A stretch of 64,000 nucleotides of DNA from Spirochaetota bacterium (GCA_963664815.2 CAXXHB010000003.1:3616001-3680000); one strand, 5' to 3'; numbered from the stretch's first letter, positions 21,261-31,226 are shown. Made by a program: numbers and translations. The notes: generated by a model from the letters alone, not told the origin.

Positions 21261-22259
21261 TTAATTCTGATACGTAATCACTTTGTTTTCAGGGAGCCGT
21301 ACAGATAAAACAGAGTTTTTATTAAGGTTCATTCTTGCAAACAGAGACGTATTTACATCCATAGTCAACAAATCGCTGCATCCGTCCGGTAACTCTTCCG
21401 GTTTTAATGTAATTCTGTATGAACTTCCCATGAATTCACAGTTTTCCACAATCGTCTTTATCGATTCACAATCATCAGAATCACTTAACTCAATATGTTC
21501 AGGTCTTATAGCTTTAATCGAGCCACTCTCTCTTATAAAATTTATTTCACCAATAAAATCCGCAACAAAAAGACTGGATGGTGTATTGTAAATTTCTTCC
21601 GGTCTGCCAATCTGCACTATTTCTCCATCATACATTACAGCAATTCTGTCAGACATAGTAAGAGCCTCTTCCTGATCATGAGTCACCATGATTGTAGTAA
21701 CCCCTATTTTCTCCTGGATATATTTCAGTTCTTTCCTGAGTCTCCCCCTGACCTTTGCATCAAGCGCTGACAATGGTTCATCAAGCAGAAGTAAACATGG
21801 ATCAAGAACCAGTACCCTCGCAAGGGCTACCCTCTGCTGCTGACCGCCGGACATCTCGGCAGGATATTTATTTATGCTTTTTTCAAGATCCACCAGCTTA
21901 ATTATATTCATTATTCTCTCTTTTTTTTCCATATTAGAGAGTTTTTTCATCCTTATTCCATACTCAATATTCTGATATGCCGTAAGATTCGGGAAAAGAG
22001 CATAAGACTGAAATACAATGCCGAAATTTCTATTTAAAGTGTCTATTGAAGTAATTTCATTTTTATCAAGGAAGATTCTTCCTGTGTCCGGATTTTCCAA
22101 TCCGGCAATAACTCTGATAAGAGTGGATTTACCACATCCGCTTGGTCCAAGAAAGCTCAGGAACTCCCCTTTTTTAACTTCAAATGATATACCTTTAAGA
22201 ACAGGGTGTTTCCCATATTGTTTAGAGATTTCTTCGATTTTTAAATATGATTTAACCAT
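21261..22259 (-). CDS. ABC transporter ATP-binding subunit (2-AEP uptake)
   Basis: GPSGCGKS, FQSYALFP, SGGQQQR, LLLDEP, VTHDQEEA. Confidence 0.93.
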   Translation of the reverse strand: MVKSYLKIEEISKQYGKHPVLKGISFEVKKGEFLSFLGPSGCGKSTLIRVIAGLENPDTGRIFLDKNEITSIDTLNRNFGIVFQSYALFPNLTAYQNIEYGIRMKKLSNMEKKERIMNIIKLVDLEKSINKYPAEMSGGQQQRVALARVLVLDPCLLLLDEPLSALDAKVRGRLRKELKYIQEKIGVTTIMVTHDQEEALTMSDRIAVMYDGEIVQIGRPEEIYNTPSSLFVADFIGEINFIRESGSIKAIRPEHIELSDSDDCESIKTIVENCEFMGSSYRITLKPEELPDGCSDLLTMDVNTSLFARMNLNKNSVLSVRLPENKVITYQN

Positions 22260-22275
22260 AGTTGTAACCTCTCTT

Positions 22276-22301
22276 ATTCTGAGGGGATGTCCCCTCAGAA
22301 T
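22276..22301 (-). terminator. Intra-operon stem-loop after the binding-protein gene (stabiliser or attenuator)
   Basis: ATTCTGAGGGGA-TG-TCCCCTCAGAAT perfect 12-bp stem. Confidence 0.6.
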
Positions 22302-22318
22302 GTATTATTCTCATATTA

Positions 22319-23329
22319 TCATTTTGGCGCTGATTTGCTTTCGTATCTTTTTGACCATTCCTGAAGAATTCGGTCTCTGTTCTTTGAAGTCCAGTAGAAG
22401 TCATTTTTTATAAGCTGCTTAAGCGGTTGTTTACTGTAGCCTTCCGGTACCGGATAATTATTTTTTACTGAAATTATAGCAAAGCTCTTAATGTATTCCT
22501 TCATTGCATCATCAGAGATTGCCCAGTCGAGAAAAAGTTTTGCTTCATTTTTAATTTTCTTTTTCTTAATCAGTGCATTTGACTCCATATCCCAGCCTGA
22601 CCCCTCTTTAGGGAATACTGTTGTAACCGGTTCACCTTTCTGTTTCTGAATTATTCCCCTGTAGCCGAATGATATACCGATAAGGAATTCGCCCTGTCCC
22701 GCCATCTTTGCCGGTTTGGAACCGGAATGAACATACTGGGCTATATTTTCATTAAGCTTATCCATGTATTCCCATCCCTTGTTCTCCCCCATAAGCTGGA
22801 GTATTGCTGAGACAGTTAAATAACCGGTACCTGATGAAGCAGGGTGAGACATTACAATTTGTCCCCTGTATACGGGATTTAATAAATCCTTGTAAGTGGC
22901 CGGCACCGGGAGTTTTCTTTTCTTAAGTTCGACGGTGTTACATACAAAAGCAGTTTCCCATATATCAATGCCTACCCAGTGAGGAACTTTATTTTTTGTA
23001 TCTTTGAAATTCTGGAGAACTCTTTCTATACCTGCAGGTGAGTATTCCTCCAGCATACCAAGATCATCCATTCCGATGAGATTGGTTACGGCCGTCCCCC
23101 ATACAACGTCCGCCACAGGGTTATTTTTTTCAGAAATCAGTTTTGCCGCGATTACACCGGTGGAATCCCTTACGATATTAACTTTAATATCCGGATATTT
23201 CTTTTTAAAAGAATCCAGATACCTCATTATCTGATCATCTTCGAGAGCGGTATAGACCGTAATTTCGCTGGAAAAGCCTGGTGCTAAAAATGCAAAAAGA
23301 AGAAGAATCATAAAACCTATTTTTTTCAT
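22319..23329 (-). CDS. 2-aminoethylphosphonate ABC substrate-binding protein (AepX-like)
   Basis: VYTALE, VRDSTG, PASSGTG, YVHSGSKP, GWDME, signal peptide; first gene of the operon ending in phnX-phnW. Confidence 0.9.
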   Translation of the reverse strand: MKKIGFMILLLFAFLAPGFSSEITVYTALEDDQIMRYLDSFKKKYPDIKVNIVRDSTGVIAAKLISEKNNPVADVVWGTAVTNLIGMDDLGMLEEYSPAGIERVLQNFKDTKNKVPHWVGIDIWETAFVCNTVELKKRKLPVPATYKDLLNPVYRGQIVMSHPASSGTGYLTVSAILQLMGENKGWEYMDKLNENIAQYVHSGSKPAKMAGQGEFLIGISFGYRGIIQKQKGEPVTTVFPKEGSGWDMESNALIKKKKIKNEAKLFLDWAISDDAMKEYIKSFAIISVKNNYPVPEGYSKQPLKQLIKNDFYWTSKNRDRILQEWSKRYESKSAPK

Positions 23330-23654
23330 AAAACCTCCTTGAGATTAAATCACTAATTACTCATTTTATATCTGTTACATTAGTATACACTGGACTTAAA
23401 TATTAGAAATATCGTGATACGCCCGATATTAGAGTAATTGCTTACAGGAATAGTTATTTTATTGTGTAAATTTTTTATAAAGGAAGTGTGTAAAAATTGT
23501 TTTATGTTGTTTTAGTCAGTTTTTTATTTTTAATATAACCGGATGGATGCAATAATTTACATTTTTTAAGAATTATAGTTTTATGCAGCTTCAAATAATA
23601 ATTTGCCAAATCCGGAGTAAAATCAAACTTAAATAGAAATGTACTATCTTAAAT

Positions 23655-23924
23655 TTAACGATACTTCAAAACAGATACGACAACCCCGGAAAAAAGAACT
23701 AAATTTGTAATACCGAAAATTTTCAAAACCGGGTCCGATGATATCACTGATGCGGGAAGCATCAATATGACAGAGCCCCATATTCCAAGTGCCCATACAA
23801 GCGAAATGTCGGAAGATGATTTTCTCTTCCATATCTTATATATTAGCGGAATATTAAAAAGAGGCATGATGATACTGGCGGCAATACCACCGAATTTTGC
23901 TGTTTCAGTAAAAACTTCGTTCAT
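23655..23924 (-). CDS. Small PQ-loop/SemiSWEET-like membrane protein
   Basis: 89 aa, 3 TMs, IPLIYKIWKRKSSSDIS motif. Confidence 0.7.
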   Translation of the reverse strand: MNEVFTETAKFGGIAASIIMPLFNIPLIYKIWKRKSSSDISLVWALGIWGSVILMLPASVISSDPVLKIFGITNLVLFSGVVVSVLKYR

Positions 23925-24059
23925 TTTAAACCTCTCTGAATTTATAATTCATCCCTGGCCGTTCTGATATAAAATCAATCTGCCGATACAGGCAGGATGG
24001 CAAAAGCATGTTTTCCTGAACCATTAATGTCTGGCGGGCTGTAGGGGGAATCAGAATCA

Positions 24060-24944
24060 TTATCTGTAAACGCCTTCAGCGTCCATAATCAGCTTTTTCA
24101 CATAGTTAAGGATATTTAAAACCGGGGTGAGACTGCTGAGTGGAGCCTCATCTACAATCAACTGATTGCGCCTGAAAACCGAAAGTAATACCTCCCCTTT
24201 ATACGACTGTTTTCTGAAAGACCACACTGCATTAATAAACAGCTCGCGGGGAAATATCCCCTTTATATCTTTAAATCCCCATTCCCTTAATGAATCCCGT
24301 ATAATTGTAGTACAGCTGTTGCTGAACTTGCCAAACTCAGCATAAAATTCCGGTTTTAACGGGTTTACAGGGGTGTCATAGATTTGCTTTAGTTTCCCGC
24401 GCAGAATTGATTCAAGAGAGAGTGTTTCCTTCCCTGTAATCCTCGCAACATGTATAGTTCTCATAAACTGGCGGCCGAACTTATCGAGATACGGCTTTTC
24501 AGGATTTGAAATATCAAAAAGACCATCGGGTGACGGACTGAATCGTCCAAGTGCCGGACGGTAGAAATACTCCTCCTCTGTCATGATCTCACATTCATTC
24601 AAAAGGTGGGAGAAATTAAAAATATATCCGTTAACATTTATTGCAAGGTGCCCCAGCATTGACATTGTATATTTCACCAGGCGTTCATTATAATAGAGTT
24701 CCACAAAGGATTCTCCGGTTCTTTCACTCACGGGCCAGAGCAGTACTATAGGTTTTCCCGTGAGATAATCTGTTTCAGGGAGAATTCTTCCGCATAGCAT
24801 TTTACCCTGCCAGTGCATGAGGTATCCCTCCCAGATTGCGCAGCCGGAAAAATATTCTGTCCCGTCCAGCCCTTTCAGATATATTTTTGCCCCCTCCCTG
24901 GCGAGTATACCACTGACATCTTTGTTGTTCATAGAGTCTTCCAT
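24060..24944 (-). CDS. Hypothetical protein, possible permuted papain-like (His...Cys) fold
   Basis: GHLAINV followed distantly by NSCTT. Confidence 0.55.
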   Translation of the reverse strand: MEDSMNNKDVSGILAREGAKIYLKGLDGTEYFSGCAIWEGYLMHWQGKMLCGRILPETDYLTGKPIVLLWPVSERTGESFVELYYNERLVKYTMSMLGHLAINVNGYIFNFSHLLNECEIMTEEEYFYRPALGRFSPSPDGLFDISNPEKPYLDKFGRQFMRTIHVARITGKETLSLESILRGKLKQIYDTPVNPLKPEFYAEFGKFSNSCTTIIRDSLREWGFKDIKGIFPRELFINAVWSFRKQSYKGEVLLSVFRRNQLIVDEAPLSSLTPVLNILNYVKKLIMDAEGVYR

Positions 24945-25189
24945 CCGGTTTGTTTATGCATTTTATTCACCGGTGTCAAGACATTAACTAATTGCAAAGA
25001 GGGGATCATCACCTGATTCAAAGCATCCGAATGTATCACTTTTTAAATTCAGAAAACCTGTATGGTTAAGGGGGCCAAAGACGCCATAACCGAGTGGATT
25101 TTTTTTAAATGTCCGGCTTAAAAAAACAAATTTGAGTTGATAAAATAATTGTCGGTGATAAAATTGCAAAATTGCGTTTATCGAACGGG

Positions 25190-25271
25190 CTGGTTCTGAA
25201 ACTTTTCTTTGTTAATGTATCGACGACATAACACGTGCCGGGTCATCGGGTGATCTGCCAAGATGTTTCAG
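25190..25271 (+). ncRNA. Candidate cis-regulatory RNA in the satP leader (resembles DUF1646/Na+-I riboswitch, from memory)
   Basis: Hairpins TGTTA(A)TGT/ACATAACA and GGTCA/TGATC within GTGCCGGGTCA...CTGCCAAG. CTGAAAC/GTTTCAG long-range pairing. Confidence 0.35.
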
Positions 25272-25330
25272 TGTAATATCATTCTGTCCGTGAACAGCAG
25301 AAAAAAATAAAAAAAATCGGAGGATTTTTT

Positions 25331-25894
25331 ATGAGTAACGAGAATTTTGCAAATCCGGCACCTGTGGGGCTCCTGGGATTCGGTATGACTACCATCCTTC
25401 TTAACTTCCACAACGCGGGATTCTATCCGCTTGATGCGATGATCATGGGAATGGGTGTTTTCTTCGGCGGACTCGCACAGCTTATTGCAGGTACTATGGA
25501 GTTTAAAAAAGGCAACACCTTCGGTCAGGCGGCTTTTATGTCCTATGGAGCTTTCTGGCTGCTTCTTGTATTTCTCTGGCTCGTTCCCAAAACTGCTATG
25601 GGTGCTGCTTTTCCGGTATGTAATACTTCACTGGGAGTTTTCTTCACAGTTTGGGGTGTTTTCACATTCTTTATGTTCATTGGAACACTGAATGGCAACA
25701 AAGCTACACAGGTTATTTTCTTTTCACTTGCTGTTCTCTTCTTTCTCCTTGCTGCAAGAAGATTTCTGGACAGTGAAATAATAGAAAGAATAGCGGGTTT
25801 TGAAGGTATTTTCTGCGGTTTAAGCGCATTATACACAGCACTTGGTGAAATTCTCAACGAAAAAATGGGAAAAACAATTCTTCCTCTTGGTTAA
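25331..25894 (+). CDS. satP: Acetate/succinate channel, GPR1/FUN34/YaaH (AceTr) family
   Basis: ANPAPVGLLGFGMTT signature, GGLAQ, GNTFG, YGAFW, 6 TMs. Confidence 0.93.
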   Translation: MSNENFANPAPVGLLGFGMTTILLNFHNAGFYPLDAMIMGMGVFFGGLAQLIAGTMEFKKGNTFGQAAFMSYGAFWLLLVFLWLVPKTAMGAAFPVCNTSLGVFFTVWGVFTFFMFIGTLNGNKATQVIFFSLAVLFFLLAARRFLDSEIIERIAGFEGIFCGLSALYTALGEILNEKMGKTILPLG

Positions 25895-25912
25895 TCAGCA
25901 TAATTGGTCTAC

Positions 25913-25952
25913 TAATAAAAAAGCTGCCGCTAAAACGGCAGCTTTTTTATTA
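25913..25952 (+). terminator. Rho-independent terminator after satP
   Basis: TAATAAAAAAGCTGCCG-6nt-CGGCAGCTTTTTTATTA. Confidence 0.9.
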
Positions 25953-26068
25953 ATGTGCAGGCTGTAAATGACCACATATTCATCTCCTTATAAAAAAAGT
26001 GTTGAAAATTACATTTAAAAAAAAATATTGAGAGGAGACTCCATGCAATTTGTTTTTTTGAGGAAAAT

Positions 26069-27040
26069 ATGAATAGAACATGCACTGCTGTTGCCATTAT
26101 GGTGCTGACAGCCACTATACTTACTGCCGGGCAGGATAATGCTCCTGCTGTCAATCTCTCCGCAATAAAGTATAAAATTGTTTACGAGACATTTGAAAAC
26201 AACAGCTTCGATCTCTGCATAATAAATGCCGACGGGACAGGGAAAAAGAAACTTACTAATACGCCGGGCATACATGAGATGTACGCTCATGTCTCCCCTG
26301 ACGGAAAGAAAATCAGCTACCTCGAAGATTCGGGAGAAGGGAGAAACAGAAAACGCGATCTTTATTTGATGAACATTGACGGTTCAGGAAGAACTCTCAT
26401 CTCGAAAGATGCAAGAGAGCAGTGCTGGTCTCCTGACGGAAAATTTATTGCATTTGTAAAACCGGAATCTGCGCGAAGATTCTCCATGGAGAGCTGGTCG
26501 ACCAAAGGGCTCTTCTTTTATGAAATGGCAACCGGTCAGATCAGAGAACATGCGAATAAAAAGCTTGAACACCTTTACTCCCTATGCTGGTCGCCAGACG
26601 GGAAATACATCACAGCGACCGTTCTCGGAGGGATGGGGTTCAAACATACCGATATAGGGATTGAAGTTAACGGTTCACGATATTTCAAACTGAACATTGT
26701 CGGATGCAGGCCGGAGTTTTCACCTGACGGAAGTATGATCGGATGGGGAAAATCTGACTGCGAATTTTACATCGCAAAAATAAACATGAGCAGACCTGTT
26801 CCTGTAGCGGATAAGGATAAAATACCATTTCTATCTGTTTCGAAAGGGTACGAGGTTTATCACCTGGACTGGTCGCCGGATGGAAAATACATTGCTTTCT
26901 CTTTCGGCCCGGACGGTGATCAGCACGTAGGGGGTACGGCGAAGGGATGGAATATATGTATTGCGGAGATCGCTACCGGCAAATGGGCATATGTTACAAC
27001 AGACGGCAACCAGAATAAGGAACCAGACTGGATTCCATGA
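26069..27040 (+). CDS. Exported TolB-like beta-propeller (PD40 repeat) protein
   Basis: Signal peptide, five (W/V/F)SPDG repeats, terminal EPDW. Confidence 0.88.
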   Translation: MNRTCTAVAIMVLTATILTAGQDNAPAVNLSAIKYKIVYETFENNSFDLCIINADGTGKKKLTNTPGIHEMYAHVSPDGKKISYLEDSGEGRNRKRDLYLMNIDGSGRTLISKDAREQCWSPDGKFIAFVKPESARRFSMESWSTKGLFFYEMATGQIREHANKKLEHLYSLCWSPDGKYITATVLGGMGFKHTDIGIEVNGSRYFKLNIVGCRPEFSPDGSMIGWGKSDCEFYIAKINMSRPVPVADKDKIPFLSVSKGYEVYHLDWSPDGKYIAFSFGPDGDQHVGGTAKGWNICIAEIATGKWAYVTTDGNQNKEPDWIP

Positions 27041-27864
27041 GGAAAAATAAAATGAAAAAGTATATTACAATAATTACAATAGCTGCATTCATGGCCGTTT
27101 TACCATCCTGCGGCGGAAAAAAAGTCAGCACTGAAATTAAAGACATAAAAAGTAAATCCGGCATCGAAATGGTGTCCCTCCCCGGCGGTGAGTTTACCAT
27201 GGGAGAAGGAGAGAGCTCACATAAAGTCAAGCTATCTCCTTTCTACATCGACAGATATGAAGTTACACAGGAGATGTTCAAAAAGCTTGAACTCCCCAAC
27301 CCTTCCCATTTTAAAGGGGATAAATATCCGGTTGAGATGGTTGCATGGGTCAATGCCGCTGTTTACTGCAACGAAAGATCACTTGAGGAGGGTCTTACTC
27401 CATGTTATAACGAGGATACATGGGAATGCAGCTTCAATGCCAACGGCTACAGGCTGCCGACTGAAGCCGAGTGGGAGTATGCCGCCAGAGCGGGAAGCAG
27501 CGATAAATTCTATTTCGGAAACGAAAAGAAAAATTTAAAAAACTACGCTATTTACATTAAAAACTCATCCGGGAAAACCGCAGCAGTCGGTTCACGAAAA
27601 CCAAATTCATGGGGTTTATATGACATGTACGGCAACGTAGCCGAATGGTGTAACGACATTTTTTCTGCCGATTACTACAAGGCCTCTTCTCTTTCAGACC
27701 CGAGCGGTCCTAAAAAAGGGAAAGAACGCGTTCTCCGTGGAGGTTCATGGAGCGACCAGGAAGAGGTTTTCGGCTCGGCATCAAGGGCTATGGATGGATC
27801 AATCAACGATGCATGCATTCTCCGTGACACTATCGGATTCAGATGTGTCAGAAGGGCGGATTGA
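27037..27864 (+). CDS. FGE-sulfatase (SUMF1/EgtB/PvdO) domain lipoprotein
   Basis: Lipobox LPSC, FTMG, YEVTQ, RLPTEAEWEYAAR, GLYDMYGNVAEWC, RGGSW, GFRC. Overlaps the upstream stop (ATGA). Confidence 0.92.
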   Translation: MRKNKMKKYITIITIAAFMAVLPSCGGKKVSTEIKDIKSKSGIEMVSLPGGEFTMGEGESSHKVKLSPFYIDRYEVTQEMFKKLELPNPSHFKGDKYPVEMVAWVNAAVYCNERSLEEGLTPCYNEDTWECSFNANGYRLPTEAEWEYAARAGSSDKFYFGNEKKNLKNYAIYIKNSSGKTAAVGSRKPNSWGLYDMYGNVAEWCNDIFSADYYKASSLSDPSGPKKGKERVLRGGSWSDQEEVFGSASRAMDGSINDACILRDTIGFRCVRRAD

Positions 27865-27870
27865 TCCCTG

Positions 27871-29244
27871 ATGCTTTTTTATTCATGGACCTTTCTTCTC
27901 TTTTTTGCAGTTGTTTACTCCGTTTTTTCGGCAGTTAAAAAACCCCGGCAGAAAAGAGATGTAATACTCATTGCTTCGTTTATCTTTTACGGGTGGTGGA
28001 ATCCGCTATACCTTCTGCTCATCTCATGGGTAATCCTGTTTGACTATATATCAGTTTTTTTAATGGAGAAAACAGGCAGAAAAAAATTATTTCTTTCACT
28101 GAGCATTCTCAACACCATTGTGATACTGAGTTTCTTCAAGTATTCCGGTTTTATTGTAAGCAACATAAACTCAATATTAAGCATATGTGGAGCGGATTAC
28201 TCTATCCCTTCCGGAGGAGTCCTTTTCCCTGTGGGGATTTCATTCTTTCTGTTCCTGTCTCTGGGCAATACTATAGACTGCTACTTCGGACGGACTGAAA
28301 GAGAAAGGAGTTTAATCCAGTATGCATCTTTTGTATCATTCTTCCCTTCACTCCTTGCCGGCCCCATTGAACGGGGTCATCACCTTATCCCTCTTGTCAA
28401 ATCATGGCCGGAAGTCAGAAGTGATGACATTGCCGAAGGAATATATCTCTTCATACAGGGAATGTTCAAAAAAATTGCCCTGGCCGATTACTTCCTGCTG
28501 TACTCGGATAAAATATTCGGAAATCCGGCACAGTTCACATCCGGCGATCTTCTTGCCGGTGCGCTTGCATTCACCTGGCAGATATATTTCGACTTCAGTG
28601 GATACACCGACATGGCACGAGGTGTTGCCCGGATGCTTGGGATAAACCTGATGGAAAATTTCAACCTGCCATATATGGCCGCAAGTACAGGTGATTTCTG
28701 GGGACGCTGGCATATAAGCCTTTCATCATGGTTCAGGGACTATCTCTATATCCCCCTTGGCGGGAACAGGAAAGGGAAACTTAAAGAGACCAGAAATACC
28801 TTTGCAACCATGCTCATGTCCGGATTATGGCATGGTGCATCCTGGAATTTTGTTCTGTGGGGATTTATGCACGCGGTCATTCATTCTACAGGAAAACAGA
28901 TAGGAAAGATTAAAGCAACGGATAAAATCCCGGTATTTGTTCGCCGTGTTATTGTATTTGTAATTATTGTTTTCACATGGATATTTTTCCGTTCTGAAAA
29001 TGCTGCAGATGCGTTTACATTCATTGGAAGAATATTCACAACTGAATTCACCGTTCCGCAGATGCCGCTTTTTATGGCAGGGCTGATTACAGTCTGTTAT
29101 GCTTTCCAGTGGCTGAAGGAATACAGGATGATCGGGTTTACAGATAAACCCGCATACCGTTGCGCTGCGATAATATTCATGCTCGCATACATTCTGTTTT
29201 TTGTCACGAACAGTTCCGGTGAATTTATATATTTTCAATTTTAA
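27871..29244 (+). CDS. MBOAT O-acyltransferase, AlgI/PatA/DltB type
   Basis: PVGISFF, AGPIER, QIYFDFSGYTDMA, ENFNLPY, FWGRWHISLSSWFRDYLYIPLGG, GLWHGA, C-terminal FIYFQF. Confidence 0.95.
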   Translation: MLFYSWTFLLFFAVVYSVFSAVKKPRQKRDVILIASFIFYGWWNPLYLLLISWVILFDYISVFLMEKTGRKKLFLSLSILNTIVILSFFKYSGFIVSNINSILSICGADYSIPSGGVLFPVGISFFLFLSLGNTIDCYFGRTERERSLIQYASFVSFFPSLLAGPIERGHHLIPLVKSWPEVRSDDIAEGIYLFIQGMFKKIALADYFLLYSDKIFGNPAQFTSGDLLAGALAFTWQIYFDFSGYTDMARGVARMLGINLMENFNLPYMAASTGDFWGRWHISLSSWFRDYLYIPLGGNRKGKLKETRNTFATMLMSGLWHGASWNFVLWGFMHAVIHSTGKQIGKIKATDKIPVFVRRVIVFVIIVFTWIFFRSENAADAFTFIGRIFTTEFTVPQMPLFMAGLITVCYAFQWLKEYRMIGFTDKPAYRCAAIIFMLAYILFFVTNSSGEFIYFQF

Positions 29245-29246
29245 TA

Positions 29247-30311
29247 ATGTGCGGTAAAACGGGAAACCTTAAAATGAAAAATCTTAAGTATATAACAATA
29301 TCAATTATCACATTTCTGATACTGGCGGCAGTGATTCCCTTCTCCTTCCCTCTTACCGACAAAGCTTTATTTACAGTCAACTACCGCATACCTTACAGCA
29401 TGGGAGAGGATTACTTTCTATACAACGCCTACTCGAAGCAGGCGGCATCGGAAAATTCCATCCCGGTTATCGGGGACTCTGTTATATGGGGGCATTACAC
29501 TGACAGTGATAATACGCTCTCCGCAAACCTTAACTTACTCAATAAAGATATCAGGTTCAGGAACATGGGACTCGACGGCATTCATCCTGCTTCAATGACA
29601 GGACTGCTCAATCATTATTCACAGAAACTGAAAAACAGGAAAATTATTGTCGGAATAAATCTTCTCTGGATGAGTTCCCCCCGGCACGATCTCACCGGAC
29701 CTGTTAACAGCGAAATAAACCATCGGGTTCTGCTGTCACAGCTGTATCCGGAGATCCCGTCATACAAACCTTCATTCGAAGAAAAGCTTACTGCTCTGAT
29801 AACGCGTTCAATTCCGATATTCTCATGGATAGAACATATAAGATTGACCCGTTTTGCAGAAAAAAGCCTTTACCGCTGGACAATGGAAAACCCGGATAAG
29901 GGAATTATAAAGTATTTCTCCCATAAAGAGGATGGCTTCAAAGCGCCTGAAGGTATTTCACCAGATAAGATGCAGGAACAAAACATCGGATGGGTAACAC
30001 CGGATAAATCCCTGCAGTGGAGATTTATGACCGAAACGCTGTTAACCCTGAAAAACAGCGGCAACAGTGTCGCGGCAGTAATCACACCCTTCAACACTTA
30101 CATGATGACAGCAGAGAGCAGAAAACAGTATTTCTCGATATTATCAGAGATGGAGTGGCAGCTCAGGGAAAAGGGGATTACTCCGGTTATTCCCCTGATC
30201 CTGCAGAAGAAGTATTTTGCAGATTCAAGCCACCCTACAGCTGAGGGATATAAAATAATCGCTGAAGATATCATGAAAAACAGGGAGTTTATTGAGTTTA
30301 TAACGGAATAG
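29247..30311 (+). CDS. Membrane-anchored SGNH-like protein (DltD/AlgJ-like acyl acceptor)
   Basis: N-terminal TM, IGDSV (block I), C-terminal DSSH (DxxH); directly follows the MBOAT gene. Confidence 0.75.
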   Translation: MCGKTGNLKMKNLKYITISIITFLILAAVIPFSFPLTDKALFTVNYRIPYSMGEDYFLYNAYSKQAASENSIPVIGDSVIWGHYTDSDNTLSANLNLLNKDIRFRNMGLDGIHPASMTGLLNHYSQKLKNRKIIVGINLLWMSSPRHDLTGPVNSEINHRVLLSQLYPEIPSYKPSFEEKLTALITRSIPIFSWIEHIRLTRFAEKSLYRWTMENPDKGIIKYFSHKEDGFKAPEGISPDKMQEQNIGWVTPDKSLQWRFMTETLLTLKNSGNSVAAVITPFNTYMMTAESRKQYFSILSEMEWQLREKGITPVIPLILQKKYFADSSHPTAEGYKIIAEDIMKNREFIEFITE

Positions 30312-30314
30312 AGA

Positions 30315-31226
30315 TTACTCCGGCAACACTACCCGCAGTCCGTTCATACCGATACGCTCAAACGGTTCAACGGGCCATCTGCTGTATGAAGTGAAATCCT
30401 TCGGGGAATCAAGCATTGTTCCTCCCCTTACAACACGGTAGACATACTCACCGTCAAAGCCTGATGGATCAGTTTTGTCTTCCCCGGAATAGTAGCTGCG
30501 GCTGTATCTGTCATAACACCACTCTGCGACATTTCCATTCATATCGTATAAACCGAATTTATTAGGTATCCTTGTTCCGACCTTTTTTACCTTGTGATAC
30601 TTGACCCACCAGAATGTTCCGTTGTTGTATCTTCTCATTCCCGCATTGAACATATGCCATGAATACTTTCCTGAAAAGTCCCACGATGAATCCTTTCCCC
30701 AGTAAAAATCGGTTTTAGTTCCGGCACGGCAGCAGTACTCCCATTGAGCCTCTGTTGGCAGACGGAAACCATCAGCCTTTTCATCAACATTCACTTCCCA
30801 CTTTATATTGTCGTTAGGGGAGACATTATCATCATCTTTACTCCCGGTATTAATTTTATAATACGGCTTAAGACCGGCGGCTTCGCTGAGTTTGTTACAA
30901 AACTGGACTGCATCGTACCAGCTGATATTATAAACCGGAAGAGAATCTCCCTCTCCATACTTGCTCTTTTCGCACGGATTGGCCCCGGTCAGTTCCAGAT
31001 ACTGCTTCTGCGTAATCTCATACTTCCCCATCCAGAAACCTTTACTGATGATCACACTGTGCTGAGGAGAGTAATCCCTCCCTTCACAATCTTTTCCCAT
31101 AACATAAGTACCGGAGGGTATGTGCACCATCTGAATATCACCAGTTGTTTTTTCAGTATTGTCCTGCTTCGAATAAACAGTTGTTGCAAATACAATCAGA
31201 ATCAGCAGCAGATATTTTTTTATCAT
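30315..31226 (-). CDS. Exported FGE-sulfatase domain protein
   Basis: YVMG, YEITQ, RLPTEAQWEYCCRAG, GLYDMNGNVAEWC, RGG, GLRV. Confidence 0.92.
   Translation of the reverse strand: MIKKYLLLILIVFATTVYSKQDNTEKTTGDIQMVHIPSGTYVMGKDCEGRDYSPQHSVIISKGFWMGKYEITQKQYLELTGANPCEKSKYGEGDSLPVYNISWYDAVQFCNKLSEAAGLKPYYKINTGSKDDDNVSPNDNIKWEVNVDEKADGFRLPTEAQWEYCCRAGTKTDFYWGKDSSWDFSGKYSWHMFNAGMRRYNNGTFWWVKYHKVKKVGTRIPNKFGLYDMNGNVAEWCYDRYSRSYYSGEDKTDPSGFDGEYVYRVVRGGTMLDSPKDFTSYSRWPVEPFERIGMNGLRVVLPE

Noticed and set aside
25000-25100. Fluoride riboswitch or 6S-like RNA in the divergent intergenic region
   Set aside because: Only a short GGTTA/TAACC stem is evident and the consensus elements do not line up.
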